Assembly (NCBI GenBank): GCA_965203905.1 | Contig: CBDBDQ010000005.1 | Span: 1,120,001 to 1,184,000, forward strand | Direction: 5' to 3' | Origin: Spirochaetia bacterium | Lineage (GTDB): Bacteria > Spirochaetota > Spirochaetia > SZUA-6 > Bin103 | DNA: 64,000 nt | Shown: one piece after another, positions 38,406 to 48,783 of the stretch | Layout: each line of letters starts with the position of its first letter | How positions within the stretch are numbered: the stretch's first letter is position 1 | Translations under genes and position numbers: made by a program | Notes under the pieces: model-generated | Database searches by the model: none | What the model was told of the DNA's origin: nothing | What the model saw: only the letters and a program-made list of their open reading frames with translations

Positions 38406-38819
38406 ATGGCGAAGAACCGCAAGAGCGACAAGAACTCCAAGCGACCGCGCGTGATCGCGATCGAGGTCGACAAGGTCAAGGCGGACGACGACTCGGTCAG
38501 CGACGCGATCGGCGAAGTGCTCGGCGCCACCGTCGGGGAATCGCTGCGTACCACCATCGAGTCGGTCCGCAGCAAGCGCGACAACGTGGTGATGATCCGG
38601 GTGAGCCGCGAGAGCCTGGCCAAGCTGGACGAGCTGGTGGACTGCGGCCTGACCAACAGCCGCTCGGAAGCGGCCGCGTTCCTCATCGCCGAGGGAATCA
38701 AGGCGCGCAAGGACCTGTACGAAAAGATCGCCGAGCAGAGCCGGGTGATCCGCGAGGCCAAGGAGCGCCTCAAGGATCTGCTCGACGACGAGGCGGTCCC
38801 GGAGCCGGAAGAGGAGTGA
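38406..38819 (+). CDS. Probable ribbon-helix-helix regulator with coiled-coil tail
   Basis: NVVMIRVSRESLAKLDELVDCGLTNSRSEAAAFLIAEG pattern. GGAG RBS. Confidence 0.72.
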   Translation: MAKNRKSDKNSKRPRVIAIEVDKVKADDDSVSDAIGEVLGATVGESLRTTIESVRSKRDNVVMIRVSRESLAKLDELVDCGLTNSRSEAAAFLIAEGIKARKDLYEKIAEQSRVIREAKERLKDLLDDEAVPEPEEE

Positions 38820-38825
38820 CCGAGC

Positions 38826-40138
38826 CTGACCGGCGACCCGATTGTCGACCCCACCAGGGTCAGACCCCACCGTGCGCCCGGACAGCGCAGGCAGTGGACG
38901 GCACTGCTGCTCGTCGCTGGCCTGGTCGGCGCAGTCGCGGCGGCTGCCTACCTGCTCCTGGTTCCGCGACCGGCCCGCTATGCCCTGCGCTCCTACGACT
39001 CGGCGACGGTGACCCGCGAGCCGCTGATACGGACCACCCAGGCACGCGGCCAGGTGGTGTTTCCCGTGCAGGCGCACCTGACCAGCCCCGAGTCGGGAAC
39101 CGCGGCGCTGCTGCACGTAGCAGAGGGCGACCGGGTAACGGCCGGCCAGGCTCTGGCCGAGGTCGCGGCGCCCGACCTGATCCAGGCGCTCGATGACCTG
39201 CGCGCCGAGCTGGCCGCGGCCGAACGCTCGCTGGGGCAGCAGCGGCTGCAGCGGCGCATCCTGCTGCAGCGCGCCCGGCGCCGCATCTCCGACCTCGATC
39301 GGCGCGCCGGCGAGGCCGCGGCCGACCGCGACCAGGCGCAGTCGCTGGTTGCCCGCGGGCTGGCTCCGCGGCGCGATCTGGTGGCCACACAGCGCCACCT
39401 CGACGGCGTGCTCGCGGAAGGCGAAGAGCTGCGGCTGCAACTCGCCGAGGACCGTGAGCTTGCGGCGGTCGACGATTCCCTGGCCGCGGCGGCGGTCACC
39501 GGCCTGGAGGTGGCGCTACGGCGCCACGAGGAGCGGCTGGCGGCCCTCGCCATCGCCAGCCCGATCGGCGGCGTGGTCCTGGCAGTCGAGCCCGCGCTCG
39601 CCGTCGCGGGGAGCAGGGTTGCCCGCAACCAGCGGCTGTTCACCATCGCCGACCCGGACAGCGCCGTGATCGAACTGCAGGTGGAGGAGCGGCACGCGCC
39701 CGCCCTGCGCGCCGGCCAGCCGGTGGCCCTGACGGTGGGAAGCCGGGCGCTGGCCGGTTCCGTGACCGCCATCGGCAGCATGGCCCGGCAATCGGCCGAC
39801 GGCCTCGGTGCCACGGTGCTGGTACGGGTGCGGCCCGATCCGGAGGCGGGACCGCTGCTGCCCGGGGCCAGCGCCGTCGGGGTGCTGGAGATCGGGGTGA
39901 AGGAGTCGGCGCTGGTGCTGCCGCGCGGCCCCTATCTGACCACCGGCAGCCAGCGCTACCTGTACCGCATCGAGGGGGATCGAGCGGTGCGGGTGGCCGC
40001 CACCTTCGGCCGTACCGAAGGCAATCGGGTGGAAGTGGTGACCGGGGTCGCGGCGGGCGACCGGGTGATCGTCAGCGGCTACCAGAACTTCATCGAGCAC
40101 GAGACCGTCAGCCTGGAGCCGGCAAGGGGAAGCGAATC

Positions 40139-40142
<4 letters not shown>
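38826..40142 (+). CDS. Efflux membrane-fusion (HlyD/MacA-like) protein, probable CTG start
   Basis: N-terminal TM helix in frame upstream of 39009, HVAEGDRVTAGQALA, coiled coil, IASPIGGVV, GDRVIVSG. Confidence 0.85.
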
Positions 40143-40830
<688 letters not shown>

Positions 40831-40834
<4 letters not shown>

Positions 40835-42435
40835 ACCTGCGCCGCGAAGACCTGCTGCTGAGCCTGCGGGCGGTGCTCGGGCGGCCCGCGGAGTCGCTGC
40901 TGCTGGTGCTGGGGATGGCGCTGGCGGTCGGGGCCACCGCCGCGGGGTTGGCGCTGGCCGGCCGCATCGCGGAGCAGTCGCGGGAGCGGCTGGCCGCTCC
41001 GCGCTACCGCGAAATCGTCGTCGCCACACGGCAGCAGGCCGCTGACATGGAGGTCCCGGCGCGGCTGCGGAGCGCCAGCGACGTAGTGCTGACCGTCGCC
41101 GACCTCGAAGCCCGCCAGGTTGCGCCGGCCGTCCGCTACGCCTATCTCGCCAATCCCACGGGCTTCCCGCTGGGCGAGCTGCCGATCCCGGAGCAGGTCG
41201 CGGAGATGGCCTTGACCGACTCCCCAGGCCGCTCCCCAGGTGCGGCAGAGGCGGGGGAGGCCGCGGCGGCGGTGAAGGTGATCGTCATTCCGGCCGGGGG
41301 CCAGGTCGGCACACCCGCCGCACCCGCCGCTGCCGGCGCTGCCGGCGCTGCCGGCGCTCGCGGACCCGCCATCGAGGCGGCCGCGGACGCCGGGCAGACG
41401 CCCGCTTCAGCCGCGGCGCCCGGGGACGGCGATATGCAGCTTCTCGCCGATGGCGAGCGCGAATCCGGTGCCACCACCGGCCCGGCCGCGACACCTGGCG
41501 GCGGGAACGCGCAGCTCCGATTCGAGAAGACCGGCGCCCTCGGGCAGGCCCTGCTGACCACCCCCGAAGGGCCGCGGCCGCAGCGCGAGTTGCTTACCGG
41601 TTTCGAGGTGAGCCCCGAGTTCTTCGCCGCCTGGAACCTCGCACCCGCCGCCGGCAGCCTGTTCACTACCGCCGACATGGCGCGCGGTGCGCCGATCCTG
41701 GTGCTCGGCGCCGAGCTCGGCAGCACGCTGTTCGCCGACGGCAAGGCCCTCGACCGGCAGGTGCTCTCCCTCAACCGGCTTTACACCATCACCGGGATCC
41801 TGGCACCGAGCGGCACCGAGATGGACCGGCACGCTTTCGCCCCGGCCCCCGCGGCGGCGGAGCGCTTCGAGGCGACCGGCATCCGCCTGCCGGCGCACCA
41901 CACCAGCCTGCGCTTCGCCGTCGCCGATCCCACCCGCCTCGGCGAGGCGCGGGCGCAGCTCGCCAGCCACTTCGCGGCCGCCTACGGCGAGGGCGGGGTG
42001 GTGATCGACACGCCGCGTGCGGAGGCGGCTGCCGCTGCCGACCGCGATCGGCGCCTGATCACGGTTACCCTGTTCGTGGAGCTGGCGGCGCTGGCCATCG
42101 CCGCGGTGAACATGACCAATATCTTCTTCAGCCGCGCGCGGCGCCGGCGGCGCGAGGTGGGCATCCTCAAGGCGCTCGGGGGCAGCGTCGGCAAGGTGTT
42201 CGGCGCGTTCTTCGCGGAGGCGCTGGTGGTGGGCGCGGCCGGCGCCGCCATGGGCCTGGGGCTGGCGCTGCTGCTGTCGCGGTTGACGGAGCAGGTGATC
42301 GGCTTCGGCGTGAGCCACGCCGGCCTCACCGTGCTCGGCGTGGCGGCGGCGTGGCTGGTGGTCGCCGCCTGCACGGTGCTGCCCGCTGCCACGGCGGCCC
42401 GGCTGCCGGCGGCCGACGCGATCCGCTACGAGTAG
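40831..42435 (+). CDS. MacB/FtsX-type ABC permease with Ala/Gly/Pro insertion
   Basis: N-term TM, periplasmic domain, RRREVGILKALG, PAADAIRYE. Confidence 0.88.
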
Positions 42436-42453
42436 CGGCGGACGGGAGGAATC

Positions 42454-43776
42454 ATGCGTACCATCCGCTCGGTGCTCGCCAGCCTGGCCCGCTCACCGGT
42501 CAAGTCGATTGTCACCGTGACCAGCGTAGGACTCGGCATCGGGGTGCTGATCCTGGCGCTGTCGATCAGCAGCACGTTTTCGCGCCTGCTGGCGGAGCAA
42601 CTCGCCGCGGAGGGATTGGTGGTGATGGTGGCCAACGCACGGAGGGCCGCGGACGGCAGCCTGGAGCCGGTGAAGCCGCCGCAGTTCGACGCCGAGGCAA
42701 CCGCCACGTTGCTCGACGGAGTGACCGGCGCCGTCGCGGCAAGCGCGATTGCCTTCGCCCCCTGGACGGAGTTTCGGGTGGATGGAGACGGGTACCAGAT
42801 TCGGACCGTGTACGGTGTCGGCGAGGAGTATCTCCAGGTGATGGGGCTGGAACTGGTAGCCGGCTCCTCCTTCGCCACGGCGGAGGTGGCGGCGGGCGCG
42901 CGCCAGGCGCTGATCAGCGCGAGCCTGGCGGGAATTCTGTTCGGGTCGCCAGTGGCGGCGCTCGGCGGGACGATCGAGGCGCCGGCCAACATCGTCGTCC
43001 AGACGGATGACGAGGCGATGGCCGAGGTCCTGGCCCATCTCGGGCGCCTGTTGTCGCCGGTATTCACCGTGCGCGGCGTGTACGCCGATCCGGGCGAGGT
43101 CGGCCGCCGCGCCTACGGCATCGCGGACATGATCGTCCCGATCGGCGCCATGTTTCCCGGCAAGGAGGTCGCGTTCGTCGACCGTGCCGGGATGTCGCGC
43201 ATCGCGCTGCGCGTGGCCGGCAACCGCTTCGCCACCGTCGAGAGCCAGGTGCGCGCGGCCCTCGCGAAGCAGTACGGGCCTGAGGTGGTGGTGGCGGTAT
43301 GGGAAGGTCCGCCGACCGGGGGCAGCGCCGCCCTGGAGGAGGCGCGCACGACCGTGGCCACCTTCTCGCTGGTGGTGAACCTGCTCGGCTTCGTGCTGCT
43401 GGTCAGCGCCTGCGTCGGCATCCTCGGCATCATGTCGGTGGAGGCCCTCGGCCGCAGCTGCGAGATCGCGGTCGCGCGCGCGGTCGGGGCTTCGAAGGTG
43501 GCCGTTGCGCGCGCATTCTGGGTCCGCTCACTGATCACGGTGAGCGCGTCGGCGCTGGTGGGCTGCGGCCTGAGCCTGCTGCTCGCGGCGCCGCTCACCG
43601 AGCAGATAGTACCCATCTTCCGCGGCCTCACGGCGGCGGACGTCGCCGGCAACGTGATCACGCTCCGCGCCGCGGCACTGGGCGTCGGAGCGGCACTGGT
43701 GATCGGCGGACTGTTCGGCGTGCTGCCCCTGCTCCCGGCGCTGCGCCCCCCTATCGCCGAGGCCCTCGTCGAGTAG
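42454..43776 (+). CDS. MacB/FtsX-type ABC permease
   Basis: N-term TM, EIAVARAVGAS, GLFGVLP..PIAEAL. GGGAGG RBS. Confidence 0.9.
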   Translation: MRTIRSVLASLARSPVKSIVTVTSVGLGIGVLILALSISSTFSRLLAEQLAAEGLVVMVANARRAADGSLEPVKPPQFDAEATATLLDGVTGAVAASAIAFAPWTEFRVDGDGYQIRTVYGVGEEYLQVMGLELVAGSSFATAEVAAGARQALISASLAGILFGSPVAALGGTIEAPANIVVQTDDEAMAEVLAHLGRLLSPVFTVRGVYADPGEVGRRAYGIADMIVPIGAMFPGKEVAFVDRAGMSRIALRVAGNRFATVESQVRAALAKQYGPEVVVAVWEGPPTGGSAALEEARTTVATFSLVVNLLGFVLLVSACVGILGIMSVEALGRSCEIAVARAVGASKVAVARAFWVRSLITVSASALVGCGLSLLLAAPLTEQIVPIFRGLTAADVAGNVITLRAAALGVGAALVIGGLFGVLPLLPALRPPIAEALVE

Positions 43777-43912
43777 CCGACCGCGGCGCACCACCCTCAA
43801 TGGCCCGGACAGGCCCGCGCTCGGTCCCAGGAGAACGCGCCATCACGGAAGTCCTCGCACCTCTGATAGCCCAAGGGGGGTATGGCGGCTGATCCGGTGC
43901 TGCGCCCCAGAC

Positions 43913-44347
43913 TTACGGCCAGGACAGCTCCGAATAGATGGAAAGACGTAGGATGTCGCGCCTTCGGTCGATCATCAGCTGAAATTCGTCAAGGATGTCC
44001 CGCCCAAGAAGTGAAGGAAGCTGGAGGCTAGCATCAGGCTTTTGCTCAGCGACGTTTATTTCGACATTGAACGCCAGCCGTCTGCCCTTGCGGTCCTCGA
44101 AGATGAGCATTGCATCCTCGGGATACACACCAAGAGACCCCCCCACGCCCTCGCAACTGGTGTAGCCCTTGAGGTGCCCGTAATCGATGCCCAGCTTGTT
44201 GGTCGCATCCCATTCGGAAAGCAGGCTTTGGTCAGCTCCTGTATCTACGACGAAGGAGACGTGCGCGTCCTTCTGGAATCGCGGAAATTGGAGACGGACG
44301 ACGACACGAGGTCGGCCTCGCTCTCCGAAGTGCCCCTGAATTACCAC
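43913..44347 (-). CDS. Retropepsin-like aspartic protease
   Basis: FVVDTGADQS catalytic DTG, GVGG flap, SLLGRDIL. Lower GC. Confidence 0.88.
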   Translation of the reverse strand: MVIQGHFGERGRPRVVVRLQFPRFQKDAHVSFVVDTGADQSLLSEWDATNKLGIDYGHLKGYTSCEGVGGSLGVYPEDAMLIFEDRKGRRLAFNVEINVAEQKPDASLQLPSLLGRDILDEFQLMIDRRRDILRLSIYSELSWP

Positions 44348-44355
44348 GAGAGCGG

Positions 44356-44649
44356 CTACAATATCCAGACGCGTGGCTGCGTATCCATATAGTAAATAAA
44401 GATTTGACTCCTGGATAGCTGGCGCGCCTCGACCGCCTTGTCCAGCTCATCGAGATTTTCGCCGCTCACCACTATCCGACCTTCGGAAGGATGGACCGAC
44501 AACGCGATCCATTGGTCAGGGAACTCATCGAGCAACTCGTCAAAGTTGTCAGCGAACTCCCGGGTGGAGCGCTCCAGCGCGACTCTATCCTCGGTAATCT
44601 GCGGGATATCGAACTCCGGAGGGACAGGTACCATTCTTGCCGCTGCCAT
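44356..44649 (-). CDS. Small DUF5678-like protein
   Basis: ELLDEFPDQWIAL..GRIVVSGENLDEL. AAGGAG RBS before ATG 44649. 8 nt gap to the protease gene. Confidence 0.7.
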   Translation of the reverse strand: MAAARMVPVPPEFDIPQITEDRVALERSTREFADNFDELLDEFPDQWIALSVHPSEGRIVVSGENLDELDKAVEARQLSRSQIFIYYMDTQPRVWIL

Positions 44650-44777
44650 GCCTTGTCTCCTTGCGGGAATGTGTGGGCCGTGCGTCATTGGCCCGCATCC
44701 ACGTCTGCGCTCGAGTGTTGCCGTACGCGGCCCTCGCGCCGCGTAGCGTCAAGGTCGACCGAGGGTGCCTCGCTACC

Positions 44778-44787
44778 TATTGTACCA
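44778..44787 (-). promoter_or_regulatory. Extended -10 promoter for the DUF5678-like/protease pair
   Basis: TGG-TACAAT on the minus strand. Confidence 0.4.
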
Positions 44788-44945
44788 CCTGTTGCAACTC
44801 CATTCGCTGCGTTGCGCTGCGATCTCCACATCGCACGCCGCCACGACCACACATCAGCGGATGACCCATGACGATTGACACACGCAGCCGCGCGGTCCCT
44901 TCAATACCTGCAATCGCGACCGCCAGGGCGTGAGGCGGATAGGCT

Positions 44946-46490
44946 CTACGTGGCCGAGGATTCCCAGTCGCGGAGGATGGCGTGGGCGGCGTTGTGGCCG
45001 GGGGCGCCGGTGACTTCGCCGCCGGGGTGGGTGCCGGCGCCGCACAGGTAGAGGCCGGCGACGGGGGTGCGGTAGCCGGACAGCAGGCGGTGCGGGCGGT
45101 TGGCCAGCATCTGGGCCGAGGTCATGTCGAGGTGACGGATGTTGCCGTCGGTCAGCGCCACGCGCTGCTCCAGCTCCTGCGGCGTGAACAGCTCCCAGTC
45201 GCGCACCGACTCGCGGAATCCCGGCGCGTACTCGTCGATCACGTCGATGAGCCGCTCGCCGGTCCGCTCGCGCAACTCGTCCCAGGTCCCGTGCCGCGGG
45301 CGCACCGGGGCGTAGAGCACCCACACCGACATAACGTGCTTGCCCTCCGGCACCAGCGACCGGTCGAGCACGGAGGGGATCTGGATGTGCATCACCGGCG
45401 CCGAGGAAGGGCGGCCGGCGCGGGCGTCGTCGCCGCTGCGCAGAAAGTAGTCCACCGAGGGACAGATACGTATCTGGACCAGCAGCTTCTCGTCGTAGCG
45501 GCTGCCGAGGTAGCGGGTGAAGTCCGGCAGCTCATCGAGAGCGGCGTGAAACTTCAGGTAGGAGACCTCGCTCTTGAGCCGGCGCACGCCGGCCACCAGC
45601 TCAGGTGCCAGCTCGGCGCCGTCGATCAGCCCCAGGAAGGTGCGCTTGGGGTCGGCGCCGCTGACCACCGTGTCGCACTCGATCCGTTTCCCGTCCGGCA
45701 GTTCCACGCCCACCGCGCGGCCGGCGCGCAGCAGGATGCGGGTCACCGGCGTGCCGGTGCGGATCTCGGCGCCCGCGGCGCGCGCCGCCCGCGCCATGGC
45801 CCCGGTGATGGCGCCCATGCCGCCGTGCGGGATGCCGAGGTCGGCCGGATCGGTGGACAGGTCGCAGTCGAAGTAGGCCAGCGCCAGGATCGAGCCGGGA
45901 GCGCGCGGATCGCAGGCATCCTGGGCGTCGATGAACCCCGCCCGCACCTCCGGTGATGAAAAATGCTCCTCCACCAGGTCGTGCACGTTGCCGGTCAGCA
46001 TCCGCTCCCACACCGCCTCGTCGGCGCTGCCCCGCACCTGCGCGCTGACCTCGGCCAGGGTGGGAGGATCGGTCAGGAAGTAGCGGTACAGGATGCCCGC
46101 GGCGCGGTCCATGAACGCCCGGTAGCGGCGGTACCCCGCCACGTCACCGGGTGCCAGGCGGGCGATCTCCGCCTCGCTGTCGGCGGCGTGGTGCCAGCGC
46201 AGCAGGTAGTTGCCGTCGGGGAAGGGCTGGAAGCGGTAGGGGTCGACCGGATGGATGGCGAGGCCGTGCTCCCTGAGCTGCAGGTCGTCGATCACCTTGC
46301 GCTGCAGCAGGTGGCAGATGTAGGAGCAGGAGGAAACCCGGAAGCCGGGGAACAGCTCCTCGGTGATGCAGGCCCCGCCGACGAAGTCGCGCCGCTCCAG
46401 CACCAGCACGTCGGCGCCGGCGCGCGCCAGGTAGGTGGCGGCCACCAGCCCGTTGTGGCCGGCGCCGAGGACGATCACCGATCGCGCCAT
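44946..46490 (-). CDS. Phytoene desaturase-family NAD(P)/FAD oxidoreductase
   Basis: GAGHNGLVAATYL, ERRDFVGGA, GGMGAI, GLYLCGAGTHPGGEVTGAPGHNAA. Confidence 0.92.
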   Translation of the reverse strand: MARSVIVLGAGHNGLVAATYLARAGADVLVLERRDFVGGACITEELFPGFRVSSCSYICHLLQRKVIDDLQLREHGLAIHPVDPYRFQPFPDGNYLLRWHHAADSEAEIARLAPGDVAGYRRYRAFMDRAAGILYRYFLTDPPTLAEVSAQVRGSADEAVWERMLTGNVHDLVEEHFSSPEVRAGFIDAQDACDPRAPGSILALAYFDCDLSTDPADLGIPHGGMGAITGAMARAARAAGAEIRTGTPVTRILLRAGRAVGVELPDGKRIECDTVVSGADPKRTFLGLIDGAELAPELVAGVRRLKSEVSYLKFHAALDELPDFTRYLGSRYDEKLLVQIRICPSVDYFLRSGDDARAGRPSSAPVMHIQIPSVLDRSLVPEGKHVMSVWVLYAPVRPRHGTWDELRERTGERLIDVIDEYAPGFRESVRDWELFTPQELEQRVALTDGNIRHLDMTSAQMLANRPHRLLSGYRTPVAGLYLCGAGTHPGGEVTGAPGHNAAHAILRDWESSAT

Positions 46491-46497
46491 GGCCGGG

Positions 46498-46803
46498 CTA
46501 CTCCTGCAGTCCGGCGCGGATCCGTGCGGCCAGCGCCTCCAGCGCGGCCGGATCCGACGGCTCGCCGGCCTTGATCGTGAGCAGCCCGTCGCCGGCGGCG
46601 CGCGGCTGCAGATGCAGGTGCACGTGCATCAGCTCCTGGCCGGCCGCGGCGCGGTCCGCCAGGTACAGGCTGATGCCGTCCGGGTACAGCGTCCGGTAGA
46701 GGGCGCCGGCCAGCCGCTGCGCGGCCTGCAGCAGCGCCGCCGCGAGTTCCGGCGGCAGCTCGCCGGCCACGATTCGACAAATTAGACAGTCAGTCTGACT
46801 CAT
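46498..46803 (-). pseudogene. HIT-family protein with in-frame internal deletion
   Basis: CLICRIVAGELP is joined directly to PELAAALL. AAGQELMHVHLHL is retained, but the central AFxD..P...GH.LV.PK.H block is missing. Confidence 0.7.
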
Positions 46804-46836
46804 CGCCCTGCCGACAATTATATTAGCAGAGCTCCG
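46804..46836. promoter_or_regulatory. Overlapping divergent -10 elements
   Basis: TATAAT (minus, 46817-46822) and TATATT (plus, 46819-46824) in a 33-bp gap between two ATGs. Confidence 0.55.
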
Positions 46837-48783
46837 ATGAGCTCCATCTCTCTCTCCGATAAATTTCAGCCCTTCGTCGACACCCGCACCGGGGCCGGCG
46901 TGCTGGCCCGCATCACCCGCATGGCGCTGCGTTTCCGCCTGCGCCTGCTGCTCGGCGTGCTGGCCACGATCGCCGCCGGGTTCGTGCAGCTCCTGCTGCC
47001 GCGCTTCATGGGCCAGGCCGTGGACCGCATCCACGACCTGCTGGTCGTCGCCTCGCAGTGGAACCCGGCGACGCGCCACCAGCTCCTGGCGGCGGCGCTG
47101 GCGCTGCTTGCCGTCAGCGTGTTCCGCGGCGTGTTCATGGCCTTCTACATGTACCAGGGCGAGTCGCTCGGGCAGCACCTGGGCTATTCGTTGCGCCTGG
47201 CCTACTACGAGAAGCTGCAGCGGCTCAGCTTCAGCTACCACGACCGCGTTCACACCGGCGACCTGATGACCCGCGGCATGCTGGACGTGGAAGGGGTGCG
47301 CATGTTCATCACCTACGGGCTGCTGCGCACCTTCTACCTCGCGGTGCTGATCGGCTTCGGCACCTACCAGCTGATGGCCACCGACCCGCTGATGGCGCTG
47401 GTGGCCTTGAGCTTCGTGCCGATCGTGGGCTGGCGCGCCATCGTGTCGCGGCTGCAACTGCGCGAAAGCTGGTACCAACTCCAGCGGCGGATGTCGATTC
47501 TCACCCGGGTGATGGACGAGAACCTGAACGGGATCCGCGTGGTGCGCGCCTTCACCTCGCAGGATCACGAGATGAACAAGTTCGACCGCGCCTCGCGGCG
47601 GGCGCTGGTGCTGGCGCGCAAGCGGATCAGGATCCGGGTGCGGAACACCACCGTGATGACCCTCACCTACTATGCTTCCATGTGCCTGGTGCTGCTGGTG
47701 GGTGGTCTCAAGGTGCTGAACGGGGACGCCACCGTGGGGCGCCTCACCGAGTTCCTCGCTTTCATGACCATCCTGCAGCTGCCGGTGCGCCAGCTCGGCA
47801 TGATGGTCAACGCCTTCGCCCGCGCTTCCTCCTCCGGCCAGCGGCTGTTCGAGGTGCTCGACCAGGAGCCCGACGTGGCGGACAAGCCCGGAGCGGCGCC
47901 GCTGGCCCTGACCCGCGGCGTGCTGCGCTTCGAGGACGTCGCCTTCTCCTACCGCACCGACGACGGCGACAACGTGGCGCTGCAGGGCGTGTCGTTCGCA
48001 GTGGGACCGGGCCAGACCCTCGGCATCGTCGGACCGCCGGGGGCGGGCAAGTCCACCATCGCCCACCTGGTGCCGCGCTTCTACGACGTCACCGGCGGGC
48101 GCATCACCATCGATGGCCAGGATGTCCGCGACATCACCCTGGAATCGCTGCGCAATGCCGTGGGGGTGATCCAGCAGGACAGCTTCGTGTTCACCGCCGC
48201 CCTGGAGAAGAACGTGGCCTACGGCGATCCCTGGGCCGAGCGCGAGCGCATCGCGCACGCCACCGCATCCGCGCAGCTCGACACCTACGTGCGCAGCCTG
48301 CCGCTCGGCTACGACACCCTGGTGGGCGAGCGCGGCGTGTCGCTGTCGGGCGGCCAGCGCCAGCGCCTGTCGATCGCCCGCAGCGTGATGCTGCGGCCGC
48401 CGATCATGATCTTCGACGACTCCACCGCGGCCATCGACGCCGGCACCGAGCAGCGCATTCGCGCCTCGTTGCGCGAGGTGACGCGGCAGTGCGCCACCAT
48501 CATCGTCGCCCACCGGCTCAGCTCGCTGATGCACGCCGACGAGATCCTGTTTCTCGATCACGGCCGCGTGGTTGAGCGCGGCAGCCACGAGGAACTGCTG
48601 GCACAGGGCGGCCGCTACGCGGCGCTCTACGAGCTGCAGGCGCGGCGCCCGTCCGCCGACGCCGACGCCGGTGCGGAACCGGCGGCGACTCCCCTCCCAG
48701 TCGCCTCCGGGCCCGTCGCGGAGGCCGCGGCCGCAGCCGTAGCGCCGGCGGCCAACGGCGCCGCCCCGGGGGCGCACTCATGA
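46837..48783 (+). CDS. Heterodimeric ABC exporter subunit A
   Basis: TMD plus NBD. GPPGAGKS, LSGGQRQR, degenerate Walker B IMIFDD. Confidence 0.94.
   Translation: MSSISLSDKFQPFVDTRTGAGVLARITRMALRFRLRLLLGVLATIAAGFVQLLLPRFMGQAVDRIHDLLVVASQWNPATRHQLLAAALALLAVSVFRGVFMAFYMYQGESLGQHLGYSLRLAYYEKLQRLSFSYHDRVHTGDLMTRGMLDVEGVRMFITYGLLRTFYLAVLIGFGTYQLMATDPLMALVALSFVPIVGWRAIVSRLQLRESWYQLQRRMSILTRVMDENLNGIRVVRAFTSQDHEMNKFDRASRRALVLARKRIRIRVRNTTVMTLTYYASMCLVLLVGGLKVLNGDATVGRLTEFLAFMTILQLPVRQLGMMVNAFARASSSGQRLFEVLDQEPDVADKPGAAPLALTRGVLRFEDVAFSYRTDDGDNVALQGVSFAVGPGQTLGIVGPPGAGKSTIAHLVPRFYDVTGGRITIDGQDVRDITLESLRNAVGVIQQDSFVFTAALEKNVAYGDPWAERERIAHATASAQLDTYVRSLPLGYDTLVGERGVSLSGGQRQRLSIARSVMLRPPIMIFDDSTAAIDAGTEQRIRASLREVTRQCATIIVAHRLSSLMHADEILFLDHGRVVERGSHEELLAQGGRYAALYELQARRPSADADAGAEPAATPLPVASGPVAEAAAAAVAPAANGAAPGAHS

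Noticed and set aside
38817-38819. Selenocysteine recoding of the in-frame TGA
   Set aside because: No redox context or evident SECIS, and a CTG start with an SD is simpler.
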